From: Perkinsus chesapeaki ATCC PRA-425
Taxonomy: Eukaryota > Protista > Perkinsozoa
Assembly: GCA_013115145.1 (NCBI GenBank)
Contig: JAAPAO010000024.1
Location: 62,001-126,000, forward strand
Length of the DNA stretch: 64,000 nucleotides
Direction of reading: 5' to 3'
Positions 58,807 through 64,000 of this stretch are shown piece after piece (the first letter of the stretch is position 1; every line of letters begins with the position of its first letter). The notes below the pieces were generated by a model. It ran no database searches. It was given only the letters and a program-made list of their open reading frames with translations, and was not told where the DNA came from. The translations under genes were made by a program, and so were the position numbers.

Positions 58807-60595
58807 ATGTCTGTTGTTGATGCGGTAGACGCTGTGGACGATGCAGTTCTGCAAGCTGTAAGTATCCAGCTTTCGGTGTTGAGACTGTCTTATTATTCAT
58901 TTTCAGGCGTCAACCTTACCGTCGACCCCCTCAACAGACGGGTTCATCAAAGCGTACACTTCAGTGATGAAGGCGGATGCCGAGTTGAGCACGGCGATGA
59001 GCGACAGACAAGCCTTGTACCGAAACACGGTGGAGACCGGCACTGGTCGAGGGGCTACATGGGCCGGGATGCGAGGGCAGGTGTGAAAGTTATTTTGTAC
59101 TAGTAACGGTGATTTTCATGGCTTAGGCACCTCGGAATCCTATACTGCGGTTACATGTTTGGAACACTACAGATGGCAAGCTTTACCCCGAGGATGCTGC
59201 TGAACGGTGGGCGTGGTCCGAAGCAATTCCCCAGCATCATGTTGACTGGTCCAAGGAGCTATCATGTGGTCGATGGACACTCTTCATAAAGGCAAGTCTT
59301 AGCTGCATGCTCAGCTTCCTATCTTTTATTCATCGAAATGGTAGCCTTACTTTAGGGTGACGTTGTGTCGGATGAAGGTTACACGGTTGGGGTAACCAAT
59401 GCTGTTAAATTCTCTGATGTGGTCGAAAGGCTTCTGATTTTGGGAGTATCCGACGAACACAGGAACCCTGCAGTATGGGAGAGAGTTGATGGGGATCGGT
59501 ACGATGGAGTACAGTTCAGTCAGGAAGGACGGAAAGTAGGTATATTCTCTCTCCGTTGAGGAGATACGTATAGGCTCCCTTAACTTCACTTTTTCGTAGG
59601 AGCTTGTCTTGAAGCTGGTGTTTTTCATGCGAGACGTCCCGGGTTCGATGATTGAAGTACCCGCGGACATTGAGAGGCTCGTAACCGGGAGACGCCGAAT
59701 AACCATGCCCACGCTTGTAGGCAGGCATTGCACCTCTCAAGCACCGCATATCCCCCTTTCAGATCCGATCGTTGTGGGGCTATATCAGACGGGGGAATCT
59801 AATTATAGAGAATGGTTCTGGGGATGTACGCTTCCAGCCGGATGGACTCCTTACTGCGGTAGGTCCATTTTATGTATCACGACAGTATATTCCCCTTCCA
59901 GCATCTGTTCCCTGAGGATCTTATGACAACAGGGCCACCACCAGCACGGACTGTGGAAGAGCTTTATGATGCCGCAGTCAGAATGTGTAAACATCCAGGC
60001 CCTGTAGTCATCAACCATAGACTGAAGTAAGTTGGGCCCGCACCATCGAACATGACTCGGCTGCTACCAGTTTCGATCAAATCGATCCGTCAGCGTCAGA
60101 GATGGTCTACAGCATTCCAGTAGATCTGGCCTACTGTGATACACCGCTGCAGAACACCACATGTAGGGACTTCGAGATACTTGTGATGTAACAGAGAGGT
60201 CTTCAGGTAGCGAGCCAACAGCTCGGAGGCTGACTTCTTTCCCCGATCCCAAAAGTGATACGTTAAATACGTTAAAGAGCAGCTGCAATAACGTAACGGA
60301 GCATCTTGCTTTTGCTCTAAATCGTTACCTTTCAGCTTGTTGTCGCGGCTGACCGTTTGGATTTCATAAAAGCCTTTGCTTCTGATCCAAGAGGCGTGCT
60401 CGAAGCTGCATTGGAAGGTAAACCCGTAGAGCAAGCAGAGTCCAGAGACAAGGAGACCCGAAAGAGATTACATGAAGCCGAGTTGTTAGCGTGCGCATCT
60501 CATCTAGTAAGCACAACCATGATGGCCGAGACGTCCGAGACTAGCGCCGAGGAGGGGCCCCCTATGACTCGGTTGCGATCGACGCCGCGGAGATA
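58807..60595 (+). CDS. Uncharacterised multi-exon protein
   Basis: Chain of open exons with canonical splice sites starting MSVVDAVDA. No family recognised. Confidence 0.45.
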
Positions 60596-60735
60596 ACGTC
60601 CTTCATTGTCTTCTTGGCATTAACACTGCATTCCCTGTACACTTGTAACTAATAATGTTTTCAATTCACTTTAGAATGTAGTGGTGTTACTGAATAGCCT
60701 CCATATTGCAGGTTTTCCTTTTATGATATGGAACC

Positions 60736-63700
60736 ATGACATCATCGGCAACTGCTGCTATAGATCGTCGATCCAGACCCTTTGGCCCGGGGTTTACGTA
60801 TGTTAATGGTATCCATGCTTCGAGGGCCCCTCGTCGTGATGTACAGTACTTACGGTTATATAACAGTGGTGACTACGACCACATACCAGCCTCCATACGG
60901 CCGTATTATATCCTTTCCCTTATGAAGGATGGCCACTCTCGATCATCCCTGAAAAGGAATCGGGGAGATTCAGACGAGGAGGGGTCACCGTCGGCAACCT
61001 CGGAGAAATCCATTGAAGAGGCGGAGGAAGTTGAGGAGGCCCCTGTGAGGAAGAGACGAAGGACCAGTAGCATGCTCTCGGAGGTCTCTGCATTAGAGGA
61101 ACCCGAGCAGGTGGCGGACTCAGATCAAGTGAGTATTCTATATACGGGCTTTGAGAAGTGGCTGTGTGGGACAGGTGTGTTCGGTTACGTCTTTGGGCTC
61201 AACAGCAGCCGCGTTCAACACTGATGCTGACGATACTGCATTCGAAAGCCCTCGGAGTCACATCGATCGGCCATCCTTCCTAGGAGATGTTGGCGATATT
61301 GCCGATAGTCGACCACAGCTGGAACCTGTTGAAGAGGAGAGCGAAGGAGAGGAAGAGGTATTTTTAATAGATAATTCTCGTATTATGCAGAGGCCATCTG
61401 TTTAGGAGGAGCACGGCTCCCGCTCTTCAGCAGCTTCGCCATCAGTGGTCTCCGTTGGGTCTGACACTTCGCAACTGAGCACGCCGATCCGGAGTTCTGA
61501 ATCCGAGGGTACCCACACGGAGGGAAGCGTCGGTATCGGTGAGGCGGTAGAGGCTTTGGACGAGCACTTCGAGGAAGCATCGACGAGATCGACCGATGAG
61601 GAGGAATCTATTGAAGAAGTTGTCGAGCCAACGAGTGAAGAAGATGAGGAGGAGGAGGCACTACGTCGTGATGAAGGAGACTGGGAAGAGTTAGAGTCCA
61701 CAGAGGAGGCTATTGTGCCGTCGAGTGATGAAGGGGAGAATCTACCCTTTGAGGATGAGGAGATGGAAGACGTTGAAATGGAGGACGTGGAGCTAGGCTC
61801 GCATGATAGTGACTCGGAAGCTCTAGAGGTCGAGTCAAAAGCGAGCGATGGCAGTGGGGAGGATGCCACTCCCCACGAGGAGGAGCACACGCCGGAGTCG
61901 GCAGTCGAAAGTCCTCGGTCTCAAATCAAGAGCGATGAGGAGGTGGACGGAACGAAGACGCCTACAGCGGATTCCCTCCTGGAATATCATCTAGTCGAAG
62001 AGTCTGATGCGATAGGCTCACCATCCGAGTCCGTTCAGTTTTCTCCCGATGAGGATGGGGAACAGCCTGAGAGCCCACTCGGCAGCAGACCGATCGACCC
62101 TAGGGAGAGCTTGAGCGTTGATCTGGACGATCTTCACGAAGAGTCCGATGGTGAGCGTGGCTCGCATGTTGATAAACAAGAAAGAGAACTGGCGGAGGAG
62201 GAGGAACCGATTACGAGCGCTACTCCAGCGGAGAGGGCTACCCAGCGAGATGATGCACAATCTGAGCATGAGGCAGAAGAGAGCCGTAAGACTTGATGCC
62301 ACTGTGGAGATAGTCTCAACAGCTTCATGGTGATCAGGTGAGGTTCAGGACACTGCCGTGGCTGACGGCGGCGAGACGGAGGACATTCCGAAATCAGCAG
62401 CTGGTCGGCCCCTTCGCCGAGCGGCAATCGCTGCCCTCGATATGATCCACTCTGAGATATCTGCTTTCAGTAGGCGACGAGCTTTTTATTAGACAAGGAT
62501 GTATCCTTTCTCAGCTCGCCCTTATCATTATCATACCCATGATGTTCCATCTCATACCGAAGGTTCCAAGGAGCAGAGCCCGAAGGTAGACGTAACACCT
62601 CACACTCCTCACGCTCCTATCCGTATACTTTGTATGGTCGTCTGTTATGCAGGCGGAATCGTCTCCCGCTAGAACTAGTCCTAGGAGACGAAGCCCGAAG
62701 AAGGAGAGACCGACAGAAGGTAACCCCAGTTCATTGAGACTTCTCAGCGCAACTCTTAACAGAGCCTGCCCAAGAAGAAGTTTCGGTGTCAAGTGATGAA
62801 GTTTCATCAGCGGCAAGCTCAGTGGAGTCTCCTGAGAAGATGATTGATGCGGGTACGTCTCTTGGTCGATACCGTAGGCGTGGTAACGTGAATAACGCAT
62901 TAAGGGTCTGCTTTCGCAGCAAGCCCGCTGGGGACTGCGGTTGGAAAGAGGAGATCCCCTCCAAAAGACTCTCAACGAAGCTACGTCCCTTCCGAAGGCT
63001 CCTCAGACACTAGTAGAACGGTCCTCTATACTAATGTGCTGGTGATGCCTCACCACTCAGGCTCTGTTGTCGAGGACTTACCATCCACGCCTACCTCTAG
63101 CCTGGAGCCGATACCGATGACTCCTGCTCCTAAGCGGGCTAATAAGGTAGCCTAGACTAACCGCTATATTGGTGGGAAGGGGACTATCTTCAGCGTGGTG
63201 GAAGGCTCACCCAACTCTCACGTTCCCCAACAATACGGAGAACAACTAGAGCAAGCGCACTGGAGGCCAAGAATCGTATCCACGAGCTGGGTAGCAAGTT
63301 GAGAATCACTTTTAGTTGGAATGGTTCTTTTTAGCGGGTGGCCGGGGAACTACGGCCCATAATGCAGACGAATCTCAAGGTAAGTTGCCAAGCACTCGTT
63401 TGCACTTGACTCTTCCTCAGAGGAGCATCTTGCTTCCGGTTCTGCACTTCTTAATGCTATAGAAGAGGATCGTGTTCGTGGCATGTATGAGAAGTCGATC
63501 AGCCCACAAGGCACTGCTTCCATGAAGTCACGTGATTTGCACGTCCCACCATCGATTGATCCTCCTGTATTCCATCAAGTAGATAACGAAGCCAATGAGA
63601 GTGTAAGCTAGACTTGCCTCAACAGCGGAAATATCCTACTTTTGAAGGTTTTGGAAGGGGTCGCTGAAGTCGAGGATTCTCAACCAGTTAGACAATCAGC

Positions 63701-63945
63701 GTAAGCCCTATTTGGAACGCCTAGCAGAACATGTTTCGCCAGTCGTCTTCAGGCCAAGGCACAAAATGGCAGCTCAGCTGCTTCCTCGTCCAACCCTTCT
63801 CCGGAGAAGCCGAGGTGAGATTTATGCTTTTTTTAAATCGTACCTAACTTTATCAGTAGAAGAGGTCGATCTTCGGCCTCACGGAGCGCCCCTTCGGAAG
63901 CTACTACCCCCACAAAGTCTCGGTAAAGTGCAAAAAGCTGATTGA
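60736..63945 (+). CDS. Large acidic, low-complexity (E/D/S-rich) disordered protein; 3' end uncertain
   Basis: ORFs 60736-61224 and 61445-62296 are very Glu/Asp-rich, with the NLS-like RKRRR, followed by further S/P-rich exons. Confidence 0.6.
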
Positions 63946-64000
63946 CGTAATGACCGTCTTATGATTAGGAAACGACCAGCCTCTGCGGCAGCGAAGTCCA

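Overview
Eukaryotic nuclear DNA, gene-dense, with many short (about 35-70 nt) GT-AG introns. Gene families and a dinoflagellate-style plastid presequence point to a perkinsid alveolate (Perkinsus-like); the taxon is inferred, not shown. After a minus-strand GT2 glycosyltransferase (<1-3214), almost all genes run on the + strand: two cathepsin C/DPAP paralogs, an ankyrin protein, an M16 stromal processing peptidase, an orphan secreted protein, a selenoprotein H-like gene, a serpin, a CstF-64-like protein, an ALMT/FUSC transporter, a FkbM methyltransferase, a multi-domain glycosyltransferase, two DUF6259-like paralogs, a ZIP4/TEX11-like gene with two intronic tRNAs, acetoacetyl-CoA synthetase, an apyrase, OSCP1, a kinesin, an RCC1-repeat protein and two uncharacterised genes. 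Highlights: (1) a spliced SelH-like gene missed by the ORF track, with CKSU read through an in-frame TGA and a canonical SECIS in its 3' UTR; (2) a decayed duplicate of the SelH-serpin block that has lost the Sec motif and SECIS; (3) an intact but catalytically dead secreted subtilisin nested antisense in a 2.1-kb cathepsin C intron that is only 45 nt in the paralog. Exon boundaries were read by eye, so outer coordinates of multi-exon genes are approximate.
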